Source: Eledone cirrhosa (Eukaryota). From it: a stretch of DNA of 64,000 bases. Positions 14,411 to 26,099 of this stretch are shown in pieces. Both the position numbers and the translations under genes were made by a program. Within the stretch, counting starts at the first letter, position 1. Each line of letters opens with the position of its first letter. The stretch lies in assembly GCA_964016885.1 (NCBI GenBank), contig OZ024741.1, forward strand, positions 39,370,001 through 39,434,000. The letters run 5' to 3'. The notes beneath the pieces were generated by a model. That model saw only the letters and a list, made by a program, of their open reading frames with translations, made no database searches and was not told the origin of the DNA.

Positions 14411-15205
14411 TAGGTATGTAACAGGGCTGGCTTTACATTACAGATCAGACCATTCAAAACTATTTTAATCTAGTCAGTTTGACTCACAAGTTTTGAGTCG
14501 ACTGCAGGCTGTGGCAAATGACACTAGTTCAAGATTCTACACGGAGAGATAGAGCATGATTCTAATTTGGACATATTTAAACTGCATGGAGTCAGCCAAA
14601 TCATGTCTAGATAGCGTATTCTGCAAGGAAATACATAAGGTTAACATGGGGTGTCCACATTTCAACGTTGTCAACTACATAGGCCACAAGTTTGTGATCC
14701 ATATGTTCGACTTTGATAGGCTTAACAGACAGGTACCTGGTTAAGACAGCTACAGATTGATAACATATGTATTCCACATTTGATCGCTAGTGTCGTCCAT
14801 GGTTGGTTTGCAAATTCGGGAATGTTGGCCCGAGGATGGTTTTGTGGGAGATACGAGTGCCAGTAAACTGTTGGTTACCGGTGTTTTCTGACTGTTTTCT
14901 TTACGGTTTAAGGCAATCTGAGAGTTTTAATTGCGGGTTAAAACAATCAACGGTTTCAAATACATCAACATTGCTATAATGGCCAACCTCTGTGTGATTA
15001 TGTGAAACCACACACTGTATTTTTTGTTGTTTTTTTTCTATATACAGGTTGTATACGATATTTTTTCGTGGTCTCTTCTTTCTATATTAAGCGTGATATT
15101 AATATATATCTTCATTGTTCTTCATCGTCTGTTGTGTTTTTTTCGTTTACTTTTCACCCGCTCACGTACACACACACACGCGCGCGCGCGCGCGCGCGCA
15201 CACAC

Positions 15206-15237
<32 letters not shown>

Positions 15238-16031
15238 ATACATATACATAGAGATAGGGGGATATGTGTGGGTGTGTGCATGTCCGTAGCGAAAGTATCT
15301 ACAAGAAAAAAGACCGTTTTATATATATGACTGTTTTAACATACATCAACACCATCTCGCTGACAACGAATATAATGTATTTATACCGTCCGTTTGTTTT
15401 TCATATATTATTCTTTTCTTCTTTACCTTTCTTACCATATGATGTTGCTCTAACCTGATCCTCTACCGGATATGTCGAAATGTTGGTTATATGTCTATAA
15501 AGTACATATATACATGTTCCCATAACTACTCAGCTGGACTTTACACAGGAAAATGTCTATCACCAGGACCTTTTATGCACATATATGAGTATATTGATAT
15601 ATATTGATAACATATTAATGGTTGAAGACCGACTACTTTTAATAGCTTTTTTTTGCAGATATTTTCCAATTTTTCTCATTTCTCCACACGAGAGTCTTTG
15701 TAAAATCTCTTCAGCTATTTGTATGCCTGAAGTATTGACTAACAACCATAGCTTTCACTTATGCAGGATTTGGTAGCTCACGAAACCTCCCGTTGCAAAT
15801 GGGATAATATGGATATGAATCATAATAAATATATATATGCGTGTACGTGTTTGTTGTTTGTGTGCGAGTGTGTGTGTTGTCCTAAATAGTTGTCTTTGGG
15901 GGAAGCTTTTAGTGTGTTGGGACCAGGAATAGTATTGTTGCAGCCAAAACCACAAAGCACACTAATGATAGATTGTCCGACTGCTGCAGGATTTCAGTGT
16001 CCTTCGTTTTGTCCATTGTGTGATTTCTGGA

Positions 16032-16091
<60 letters not shown>

Positions 16092-19000
16092 AGTGGTAAA
16101 GGCGGAGCGTTTAGGTTGGTAGCCGCCTACGGCCCTTTCGCATCAATGCGGCCGGACTTCTTCCATCGTCTGGAGACTTTTCTAGGGACGTCCCGCTCCT
16201 TGCTATTAGTGGGGGACTGGAATGGTATCCTAGATGCACGCTGGGACTACGTAGGGGCCTGCCCCGATAGAGAGGGGTGTAATAGCCTCAAAGGGTTAAT
16301 CGGTCGATTTGACCTGGCCGATAGATATCGACTACGCCAACCTGGACTTGGGCAAATCGTAGCGGATCATCTAGGTCGTACCTAGATAGGTTCTTAGTTA
16401 GAATTAAGGATAAGGACTTTTTAAGTTGTCCAAAAATGCGCATGGTTGGCTATTCAGACCACAAATTAGTGACCTGCATGGTCAACCTTGACAGAACTCA
16501 TAGACAGGGCCCCGGTTACTGGAAGCTCAACTTGTCCTTGCCGGCAAGTAGAGCCTACAGGAATCGGATTAGTACGTTAGTTAAGGAACGGTTGACTGGA
16601 GCGATCGTCAACAGCAGGTGGTGGGTATCTCTAAAGAGAGAGATTAGAGTAGTCTCGATAGAATTTAGTAAGGTTCTAGCTGCGGATAGGAATAGGAAGG
16701 AAAGGGAGCTAATAGATAGAGTAGAAGAGGCAATTAGAAGCGGCGACGTGGCCAGAGTGCTAGCGTCGAGAACGGCTTTGAGCCAGTTTTTCGACGCGAA
16801 GCACGAAGGCTGCGTTGTCCGAAGTAAAATACGTGCTCTAGGGAACGAGGGGACCAAAGCTGTTAGCTGGGCCCGCGTGACAGAGGCCAACAGTGGAACT
16901 AAATCCACCATCCGGTCTTTGCGAGACCTGGATGGACGGGCGATTCTTGAGCCTAAGCAGATGTGTGAGGCCTTTCAAAGGCACTTTGCCCGACTGTTCG
17001 GGAGGGGCGGGGAGCCGGTTGGGAACGTGGACTTCGGTCCATACCTCGACGGCCTGCCGCGCCTCTCGGACAGGGAGGCGAAGTCCTGCGAGGAGCCGAT
17101 TTCGGCCGCTGAGATAGAGGACGTGCTGAGCCAATGCGGCAAACGCAAATCCCCGGGTCTCGATGGTCTTCCTTACGAATTATATCTAGCTATGCCGGAC
17201 TTGTTCCCCGATCTCCTCGAGGCGGTCTACTGCAACTGGCGACAGAACGGGAGAATTCCCTGTACTGTGACCAAGGGCGTAGTCACGCTAGTGAGGAAGG
17301 ACGAGAACAAGGGGGACGAAATAAGTAACTTCAGGCCCCATAACTCTGCTAAATACAGAGTTACAGATTTTGGCCAAGGTGCTAGCAAAGAGGTTGGCGC
17401 TTGTCGTGGGCAACCTGGTGGGAGATGCGCAGACATGCGCTATCCCGTCCAGGTCCATCCATGACAACCTCCACCTCATGCGATACATCATAGAGAGGGT
17501 TGGGAACGAACCCGGCTTTGGTGGGGCTCTGATCAACTTGGATCAATCTAAGGCGTTCGATAGGGTCGACCATGGTTACCTGGATGCGGTGCTAGCGGCG
17601 GCAAGCTTCGGACCCGTTTTCAGGGGCTGGATCACTGCTATGCACAGCAGCCGCATCTGCTCTAGGGTCAAGGTGAACGGCTACCTCTCGGAGCTGTTCA
17701 AAATCGCGCGGTCCATCCGACAAGGGTGCCCTCTCTCCTCCCTTCTGTATGTGTTGACTCTCGAGCCACTACTGCGGAAGTTGGAGTTGTTGCAGGGCAT
17801 CCCTTTGGAACCGGGATTGCGGAAAGCGGTGTCGGCCTACGCCGATGACGTGACAGTAATGGTGTCGACGGCCTCCGAAATCGAGGCGGTCGGCACCTTA
17901 CTGGAGGAGTACGAAAAGTTCACAGGGGCTAAGCTGAACCGGGACAAGTCGATCGGTTTGCAACTCGGCACGTGGAGGGGCAGACCGATGCCCTCCGATG
18001 GCGTCGTCGGACGCTGGACGGAGGGCCCGGTGAAGTTGCTCGGGGTCTGGTTCGGACCGGACCTCCAGGTGGAGAAAAACTGGGCGGAGGTTACGAACAG
18101 GGTGTTTGCACTGACCCAGAAGTGGGCCAGTTGCAAACTATCCCTGAAAGGTCGGGCGGAGGTGGCGAACACCTACATAGCGTCCGTCATCTACTACCGC
18201 CTGACCGTAGTGCCCTGCCCAAGGGAAACCCTCACCAAGATGGAGCGCGCGCTCTTCCAATTCCTTTGGAAGAGGCGGGCTCCTATGGTGAGGAGATCCA
18301 TCTGCTGTCAACACCCTTCGAAAGGAGGGCTGGGGATGCCGTGGCTAATGATGCGTAAACACGCATTAAGGCTACGGCACCTCTACGTATTCCCCACCGG
18401 ACAACCGGTGTGGGCCTCGTTTGTGAGACGAACCTTTCCCAGACTCGTCTCACTCACCGAGCTGCAATCCTGGGTCAAGCAAAGACCGAGAAAACTGGGC
18501 GCCTGGCACACTGAGTGTGCCCAGGCGCTCACCGCCCTCTGGCAGGCGGATCCGGTTATCAGTGGAGACTCCACCGCAACATTCTATAGAGGGCTGGTAC
18601 GCAGCAGGTGCGACGACGCCCTCGGAGAAGCCCTAGACATGGAGGAGGACGAACTGGCCGGCCTGTTCGGTAGGACATTCAGCCCGGGACCTATGGACAA
18701 CTTCCAGAAGTCCCTGGCCTGGCAGTGCTACCGAGGAGCTTTACCCGTTCGAGAAAGGCTCTACAGACACGGGCGCCCGGGTAGGGACCCCGCCAAAAAG
18801 ATCTGTCCCAGATGCGTGTGCGACGAGGAAACCGTTGCACACGCATTGGTACACTGCTCGGGCGTAGCCGATCTGTGGGGCTATGTCGAACAACTGCTGT
18901 CAAGGGTGGGACCGATCCGGTTGACCACCGAGTCTATTGTAATGATCAAGCCGCCTCCCCCCTTCAAAGATGAAGCAGAGGCGGTGTTTCTGTGCGTAAT

Positions 19001-19220
19001 AGCCATGGCGAAAGAGGTTGTATGGTGGACGCGTCTGAAAGGACTGAGGTCAGGCACCTTTCTCTCTGGCCAACAACTGGTCCGTTTCTTTCGATATCAT
19101 TTCGGAAGAAGGATCAGGATGGAGAGAGAGGTGCTGCACCCCAGTCGTTTTTATGAAAGGTGGGTGAAAGTGGCGAGAATGGCCCGTGTGAATGGGCCTT
19201 CTCTTTACATAAGCCTGTAG
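16092..19220 (+). pseudogene. Disrupted ORF2 (APE endonuclease-RT-zinc finger) of copy A
   Basis: At least two frameshifts (~16335 and ~17340) relative to copy B. Confidence 0.9.
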
Positions 19221-19539
19221 GTGGAAAAGAGGAAGGAACGAGGGAGCACCCCCTCTCTGTGCTCCTGAGGAAAAGGGTTGCACACTTTTTTCGGGGGTGT
19301 GTGCGACCCCCCAAGGCGCCTCCTCTCTATTGAGGATTTTGTTATAAATTTTATTTTTTGTTATATTTTATAACAAAATCCTCTATTGAGGATTTTGTTA
19401 TAATTCTATTTTTTGTTATATTTTATTTTATTTTTATATATTGTTATTGCCTCCTCCCTATTGAGGACGCCTTGTTTTGTAAGCTCCCCCCATTGTACTT
19501 GTCCCACTTTTGATGCCCTTGTGGCAAATAAAAGAAACA

Positions 19540-19540
<1 letters not shown>
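16092..19540 (+). mobile_element. L1/Tx1-clade LINE copy A, 5'-truncated within the endonuclease, frameshifted
   Basis: ORF pieces 16092-16385, 16436-17464, 17370-19220 align to ORF2 of copy B (GDWN, SDH, YADD, CPRC..H..C); flanked by (ATCT)n at 16032-16091 and 19541-19584. Confidence 0.93.
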
Positions 19541-19585
<45 letters not shown>

Positions 19586-19786
19586 GATAGAGTAAGACAC
19601 GCTTCGCATCGGCTCCGCTATTCCATCGGGATTTACCCTTACTATTGTAAGTACCGGATAAATTTTTTAGTGCAACACATTTGGAACACTAACCCCTGTT
19701 ATTTAGGGAAACATTTTTGCATTTACCCCCTTTTTAGGGGGTAAAATAAATATCTATTTTTGCCGAAAAATTTCTTTCTTGGCAGC

Positions 19787-21622
19787 ATGGCGGAAAAGAT
19801 GGCAGACATGTCTGCCATTAGCTCTGCCACGCCCCCCAAGTCTGAAGAACAAAAAATAATTACAACAAAATTAGACATTGAAACAAACAAACAAAATGAA
19901 AAAACAAATGTTAAGGAAAATGAGCAAACAGAAAACAAACAAACAGAAAATAATACAAATAACGACAGGGCAACTTTCGCCCAGAAAACAAAGCAATCCA
20001 TTACATACACACCAATTGACCTAACTGCCGCCAGAGAAAAACTGGCCGAAGCAAAGAAACATATTGTTTTGGGGGAAAACGGAATGTTTTCCATTAACTC
20101 CCCCCCAGAATTCAAGAAAGCCAGAGCAGAAAACACAGTTATATACAGAACTATACTAAACCAGTCAAGAAAGCCAGCACAGCCCAGCCAAATGGAAATA
20201 GAGTTAGTCCTAAAAGACTATATGAAGAATATTCTCTTCATACGAAAGGACCGACTCTATGGCAGCATTTCGGTCCTAACAAGAGACAAAGAAACGGCGG
20301 TTCAGCTTTCCCTAAGCCCACTCTCGTCGACAACATATAGCTTCTATCCCTCCTACATGGGTAGAAGAACTCAGAGAATAAAAGTAAAAACAATGCTGCC
20401 CACAATGGACTTCTGGTGGGCTATTGCTGGCTTCATTGATATGGGCGAAGACACTATGCTGTCAATGGGGAAGGCAACTGGAGATGCGTTCCTGGGAATG
20501 GGCCTCGACATACTAGTCCAAATGAGGCCCGAAAGAATAGCACAAATCCCGGATCGCATCTGGCTGGATGACCTTACCCCAATAGACATAATTGTAGAGG
20601 GGAGAAGACCAGCATGCTATTTATGCATGGAAAGGGGACACGTTAAGGCTAACTGCCCGAAACGTATCCCCCAAAAAGGACTATTGCCCACACCCACCAC
20701 AAACAGTACACCAGCACCACCCACCTCCAAAAATACACTAATACCACACACAGCAAACAAAATACAGACACCACCAACCACAAACACAACACAAACATCA
20801 CCACCACCAGCACCAAACACAAGCACGACACAAAAATCACCACCACCAACCACAACACAAACATCACCACCACCATTACCAACCACAAGCACGACACAAA
20901 CATTACCACCACCACCACCACAAAACCCATTCCAAACAAATAATAAAAAAAACAGTAACAAATCTACCCCTCCCGCAAAAAAAAAACAACCACACAACAC
21001 GTCCCTCCCACCTAGCGCTGAAGAGTTTCCCCCAACTTCTGAAGAAGAAGGAGGAGAAGCCTTCAGACAAGTTAAAAGAAAAAAAAGAAAACACACACCC
21101 AGCACACCACAAATAACCCACACACAAACACCAACTCCAATCAAAAACACCCCACCCTCAACAAACAAAAATAAATCTGCGCCTCCCCTCTCCGAAACAT
21201 TGACAGCATCACAAAAAAAGACGTTGCAATACACATATATAAATAAAGAAAACAAAAAACTGGTTAAATTAATAAACAATAACCCTATGGTGCAGACCGA
21301 AGGGCCAAACTTTATCTCAACAGAGAACTTCACCCATTTAAAAATGATAAAGGTCCCTCTGGACCTTTATCGTTCCTTAAAAGAACAATTTAGACGGGAC
21401 GTGAGCCCCCCCTGTTTAAAACCGTTGAATCGCGTCCTCTTGAAAGATTTCCCCATAACCGCCCCTCTCCCTGACACAACTCCAAATACCCCAACCCCAC
21501 CACACACGTGTACCCCCACACCACCACAAAACATCCCTCCACCCAACACACCTGATGCCATGGAAATTACGCCACCCGGAGAGGTAAGTGCTTTTCTTTC
21601 TTCACTTTCAACACCAAAATAG
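19787..21622 (+). CDS. LINE ORF1 protein (gag-like, CCHC zinc knuckle, Pro/Thr-rich linker)
   Basis: First ATG 19787; CYLCMERGHVKANC = C-X2-C-X4-H-X4-C; lies directly upstream of ORF2. Confidence 0.88.
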   Translation: MAEKMADMSAISSATPPKSEEQKIITTKLDIETNKQNEKTNVKENEQTENKQTENNTNNDRATFAQKTKQSITYTPIDLTAAREKLAEAKKHIVLGENGMFSINSPPEFKKARAENTVIYRTILNQSRKPAQPSQMEIELVLKDYMKNILFIRKDRLYGSISVLTRDKETAVQLSLSPLSSTTYSFYPSYMGRRTQRIKVKTMLPTMDFWWAIAGFIDMGEDTMLSMGKATGDAFLGMGLDILVQMRPERIAQIPDRIWLDDLTPIDIIVEGRRPACYLCMERGHVKANCPKRIPQKGLLPTPTTNSTPAPPTSKNTLIPHTANKIQTPPTTNTTQTSPPPAPNTSTTQKSPPPTTTQTSPPPLPTTSTTQTLPPPPPQNPFQTNNKKNSNKSTPPAKKKQPHNTSLPPSAEEFPPTSEEEGGEAFRQVKRKKRKHTPSTPQITHTQTPTPIKNTPPSTNKNKSAPPLSETLTASQKKTLQYTYINKENKKLVKLINNNPMVQTEGPNFISTENFTHLKMIKVPLDLYRSLKEQFRRDVSPPCLKPLNRVLLKDFPITAPLPDTTPNTPTPPHTCTPTPPQNIPPPNTPDAMEITPPGEVSAFLSSLSTPK

Positions 21623-21627
21623 ATCAA

Positions 21628-24600
21628 TTGAGAGTTGGCTGTTTGAACGCGCGTGGCCTGAGCTCAGCTTGGAAGCAAGCAAAGCTTCTAAGTGACCTCA
21701 GGTCACAAAGTATAGATGTGATGGTTGTTTGCGAGAGTCGGATCAGCAGCGTGAGACAGCTGGCGCCCGCCTTCGATGACTTTGAGATGCACGCATCTCT
21801 CTGTCAACCCGGAGGCGGGGGGGGAGTTGCCGTACTGCTGGATAAACGTCTGACTCTCGACGTACAGATTGTTCACTCGGACCCGGGGGGTCGATTACTG
21901 GTGCTGGACGTCGGAGGTGGTGAAGGCGGGGCTTTCAGACTGGTCGGTCTTTATGCTCCCTTCGGGGCGGAGAGAGCCGACTTCTTCCAACGTCTGGAGA
22001 CTTTTCTAGGAACGTCGCGTTCCCTGCTTTTAGTGGGGGACTGGAATGGAATCCTAGATGCGCGTTGGGACTATGCAGGGGCATGTCCCGATAGAGGGGG
22101 GTGTAGCAGCCTCAAGGGGTTACTCGATCGATTCGACCTGGTCGATAGATTTCGACTAGATTGTCCAACTGCGCCAACCTGGACCTGGGCAAACCGCAGT
22201 GGACAATCTAGATCGTACCTAGATAGGTTTTTGGTTAGGAGTAAGGATAGGGACGTATTTAGTTGTCCAGAACTGATCATGGTTGGCTATTCAGATCACA
22301 AATTAGTGACCTGCGTGGTCAACCTTGATAGAACGCATAGACAGGGTCCTGGTTACTGGAAGATGAACTTGTCCTTACCGACAAAGAAAGATTACAGAAA
22401 CCGGATTAGTAGCTTAGTTAAGATGCGGTTGACGGGAGCGATCGTCAACAGTAGGTGGTGGATATCTCTAAAGAGAGAGATTAGAGTAAGTTCGATAGGT
22501 TACAGTAAGGAACTAGCGGCGAATAGAAATAGGAGGGAAAGGGAGTTAACAGATAAACTAGAAGAGGCGATTAGGAGCGGAGACGTAGCCAGAGTGTTAG
22601 CGACGAGAACGGCATTGAGCCAGTTCTTTGACGCGAAGCACGAAGGCTGCGTTGTCCGAAGTAAAATACGTGCTTTAGGAAACGAGGGGACCAAAGCTGT
22701 TAGCTGGGCCCGCGTGACAGAAGCCAAGAGTGGGATTAAATCCACCATTCGGTCTTTGCGAGACCAGGATGGACGGGTGATCCTTGAACCTGAGCGAATG
22801 TGCGAGACCTTTCAAAGGCACTTTGCTCGACTGTTCGGAGGTGGCGGGGGGCCGGACGGGGATGTGGACTTCGGTCCATACCTCGACGGTCTACCGCGTC
22901 TTTCGAGCGGCGAAGCGGAGTGCTGCGAAGGGCCAATCACAGCCACTGAAATCGGGGAAGCGCTCAGCCAATGCAGCAGACGCAAATCCCCGGGTCTCGA
23001 TGGTCTACCATACGAACTTTATTTAGCTATGCCGGTCTTGTTCTCCGAACTCCTCGAGGCTGTCTATTGCAACTGGCAACAGAACGGGAGAATTCCCTGT
23101 TCTGTGACCAAGGGCGTGGTCACGCTAGTGAGGAAGGACGAGAGCAAGGGGGACGACTTAAGTAACTTTAGGCCCATAACTCTGCTGAATGCAGAGTTAC
23201 AGATTTTGGCCAAGGTGTTGACGAAGAGGTTGGCGCTTGTGGTGGGTGGTTTGGTGGGAGACGCGCAGACATGCGCTATCCCGTCCAGGTCCATTCACGA
23301 CAACCTCCACCTCATGCGATACATCATAGAGAGGGTTGGCTACGAACCCGGCTTTGGTGGGGCCCTGATCAACTTGGATCAATCTAAGGCGTTCGATAGG
23401 GTCGACCATGGTTACCTGGATGCGGTGCTAGCGGCGGCGGGCTTCGGACCCGTTTTCAGGGGCTGGATTTCTGCCATGCACAGTGGCAACATCTACTCTA
23501 GGATTAAAGTAAACGGCTACCTCTCGGAGCCGTTTCAAATCACCCGATCCATCAGACAGGGGTGCCCCCTCTCCTCCCTTCTGTACGTATTGACTCTCGA
23601 GCCACTGCTGCGGAAGTTGGAGTTGCTGCGGGGCATACCCCTGGAACCGGGATTGCACAAAGCGGTCTCGGCCTATGCCGACGACGTAACAGTAATGGTG
23701 GCGGACGCCTCGGAAATCGGGGCGATCGCCACCCTACTGGAGGAATACGAAAGGCTGACGGGGGCTAAGCTGAACCAGGACAAGTCAGTCGGTTTGCAAC
23801 TCGGAACGTGGAGGGGCAAACCGATGCCGTTAGACGGTGTCGTCGGGCGGTGGACGGAGGGCCCGGTGAAGCTGCTCGGGGTCTGGTTCGGACCGGACCT
23901 CCAGGTGGAGAAGAATTGGGGCGAGGTGACGAGCAGGGTGTTTGCGCTGACCCAGAAGTGGGCCAAGTGCAAACTATCACTGAAAGGTCGGGCGGAGGTG
24001 ACGAACGCTTACATAGCGTCCGTCATCTACTACCGCCTGACCGTCGTGCCTTGCCCCAAGGAAAAGCTCACCATCATGGAACGCATGCTCTTCCAGTTCC
24101 TCTGGAAGAAGCGGCCTCCCATGGTGAGGAGATCCATCTGCTGCCAGCACCCTTCGAAAGGAGGGCTGGGTATGCCGTGGCTGTTGATGCGTAGGCACGC
24201 ATTGAGGCTACGGCATCTACAGGTATTCCTCAACGGTCAGCCGGTGTGGGCCCCGTTTGTGAGGCGAGCCTTCCCACAGCTCGTCTCGCTCACCGAACTG
24301 CAATCCTGGGTGAAGCAAAGACCGAGAAAACTGGGCAACTGGCACACTGAGTGTGCCCAGGCGCTCACGGCTATCTGGCAAGCGGACCCGACTGTCAGTG
24401 GAGAATCCACCTCGACATTCTATAGAGGGTTGGTGGCTAGCAGGGGCGACGACACCCTTGGAGAGTCGCTAGGCATGGAGGAGGACGAACTGGCCAGCCT
24501 GTTCGGTAGAACTTTCGGCCCGGGACCCATGGACAACTTCCAGAGGTCCCTAGCCTGGCAGTGTTACCGGGGGGCTCTGCCCGTTCGAGAAAAGCTCTAC

Positions 24601-25056
24601 AGACACGGGCGCCCGGGCAGGGATCCCGCGAAAAAGATCTGTCCCAGATGCGTGCGCGACGAGGAAACCGTTGCGCATGCACTGGTACACTGCCCGGGCG
24701 TTGCCGATCTGTGGGGCTACGTCGAACGACTGCTGTCGCGTGTGGCGCCGATTCGATTAACCGCCGAGTCTGTGGTGAACATCAAGCCGCCTCCTCCCTT
24801 CAGAAATGAAGCAGAGGCGGTCTTTCTGTGCGTAATAGCCATGATGAAAGAGGTTGTGTGGTGGACGCGCCTGAAAGGTCTGAGGTCGGGTGACTTTCTC
24901 TCCGGCCATCACCTGGTTTACTTCTTCCGATACCACTTCGGAAGAAGAATCAGGATGGAGAGAGAAGTGCTTGGTCCCAGACAGTTTTATGAAAGGTGGG
25001 TGAAAGAAGCGAGAATGGCCCGTGTAAATGGGCCTTCTCTCTACATTGTTCTGTAG
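21628..25056 (+). CDS. LINE ORF2: APE endonuclease + reverse transcriptase + C-terminal zinc finger
   Basis: 1142 uninterrupted codons; LNARG, GDWN, SYLDR, SDH, SPGLDG, FRPITLLN, LDQSKAFDRVDH, QGCPLS, YADD, CPRC-X8-H-X4-C; start codon uncertain (no ATG). Confidence 0.96.
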   Translation: MRVGCLNARGLSSAWKQAKLLSDLRSQSIDVMVVCESRISSVRQLAPAFDDFEMHASLCQPGGGGGVAVLLDKRLTLDVQIVHSDPGGRLLVLDVGGGEGGAFRLVGLYAPFGAERADFFQRLETFLGTSRSLLLVGDWNGILDARWDYAGACPDRGGCSSLKGLLDRFDLVDRFRLDCPTAPTWTWANRSGQSRSYLDRFLVRSKDRDVFSCPELIMVGYSDHKLVTCVVNLDRTHRQGPGYWKMNLSLPTKKDYRNRISSLVKMRLTGAIVNSRWWISLKREIRVSSIGYSKELAANRNRRERELTDKLEEAIRSGDVARVLATRTALSQFFDAKHEGCVVRSKIRALGNEGTKAVSWARVTEAKSGIKSTIRSLRDQDGRVILEPERMCETFQRHFARLFGGGGGPDGDVDFGPYLDGLPRLSSGEAECCEGPITATEIGEALSQCSRRKSPGLDGLPYELYLAMPVLFSELLEAVYCNWQQNGRIPCSVTKGVVTLVRKDESKGDDLSNFRPITLLNAELQILAKVLTKRLALVVGGLVGDAQTCAIPSRSIHDNLHLMRYIIERVGYEPGFGGALINLDQSKAFDRVDHGYLDAVLAAAGFGPVFRGWISAMHSGNIYSRIKVNGYLSEPFQITRSIRQGCPLSSLLYVLTLEPLLRKLELLRGIPLEPGLHKAVSAYADDVTVMVADASEIGAIATLLEEYERLTGAKLNQDKSVGLQLGTWRGKPMPLDGVVGRWTEGPVKLLGVWFGPDLQVEKNWGEVTSRVFALTQKWAKCKLSLKGRAEVTNAYIASVIYYRLTVVPCPKEKLTIMERMLFQFLWKKRPPMVRRSICCQHPSKGGLGMPWLLMRRHALRLRHLQVFLNGQPVWAPFVRRAFPQLVSLTELQSWVKQRPRKLGNWHTECAQALTAIWQADPTVSGESTSTFYRGLVASRGDDTLGESLGMEEDELASLFGRTFGPGPMDNFQRSLAWQCYRGALPVREKLYRHGRPGRDPAKKICPRCVRDEETVAHALVHCPGVADLWGYVERLLSRVAPIRLTAESVVNIKPPPPFRNEAEAVFLCVIAMMKEVVWWTRLKGLRSGDFLSGHHLVYFFRYHFGRRIRMEREVLGPRQFYERWVKEARMARVNGPSLYIVL

Positions 25057-25314
25057 GTGAAGAAGTGAAGAGGAAAGGGGGAGCGCCTCCTCTCTGGGCT
25101 TCCCCCGCGAAAAGAGTTGCACACTTTTCGGGGGTATGTGCAATCCCCAACACGCCCCCTCCCTTTTGAGGACTTTTTATTGTTATATTATTATTGTTAT
25201 TCCTTTTTTCTTTACTCGATTTATGTAAACTCCCCCACTGTGTAAATGTCCCCTTCTTTTGTGCCCTCGTGGCAAATAAATAGAAATTTATCTATCTATC
25301 TATCTACCTCTCTC

Positions 25315-25512
<198 letters not shown>

Positions 25513-26099
25513 TTCTATATATCTATCTATCTATCTATCTCTGTCTAACACATGGAAAACGCGTTGGTGAGTAAATGTTTTAATTTCATTGGAAATTGCA
25601 TGAACTGAATCTACATTCTTACACCATTTTGTAGATAAGCTGCCACCCTACACTTTGTAGGTGGTAGCAACCCCAAATAATAAGCCCATCAGGGCGAAAA
25701 ACGGAGAATTCCACTAAATTTCTACCGGAATTTTGAATATAGCCAAAATGGCCAAATTCTTTGACCTCATCTTCACCAAAACACATCAGAGAATTGTGGA
25801 GATGGGCTGTTAATATCACCTTCCACAGTACTAGTAGTAGGTGAAGGCTGCCTGCCTGCTGCTATCACCACCACCACCACCAACAACAAGAGTAACAACA
25901 AAAACAACAAAAACAACAACAATATCAAATCTGTCAGCCAACAATTAGACAGAGGTGGTGGAGGGACGGTAAAACTGTCAAGCCAAGAAGCAGCTCGCAC
26001 CGCCTCATTGAAACACTTCGATATGTTTAAAACACACCCTGACAACAACACCAGCACCATCAACACGAAACCTGAATGGCACAAACCAAAACAACGCCA

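Larger units (their letters stand above)
19585..25289 (+). mobile_element. L1/Tx1-clade LINE copy B, apparently full length and intact
   Basis: ~200-nt 5' UTR, ORF1, ORF2, 3' UTR ending GCCCTCGTGGCAAATAAATAGAAAT then (ATCT)n; preceded by (ATCT)n. Confidence 0.95.
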
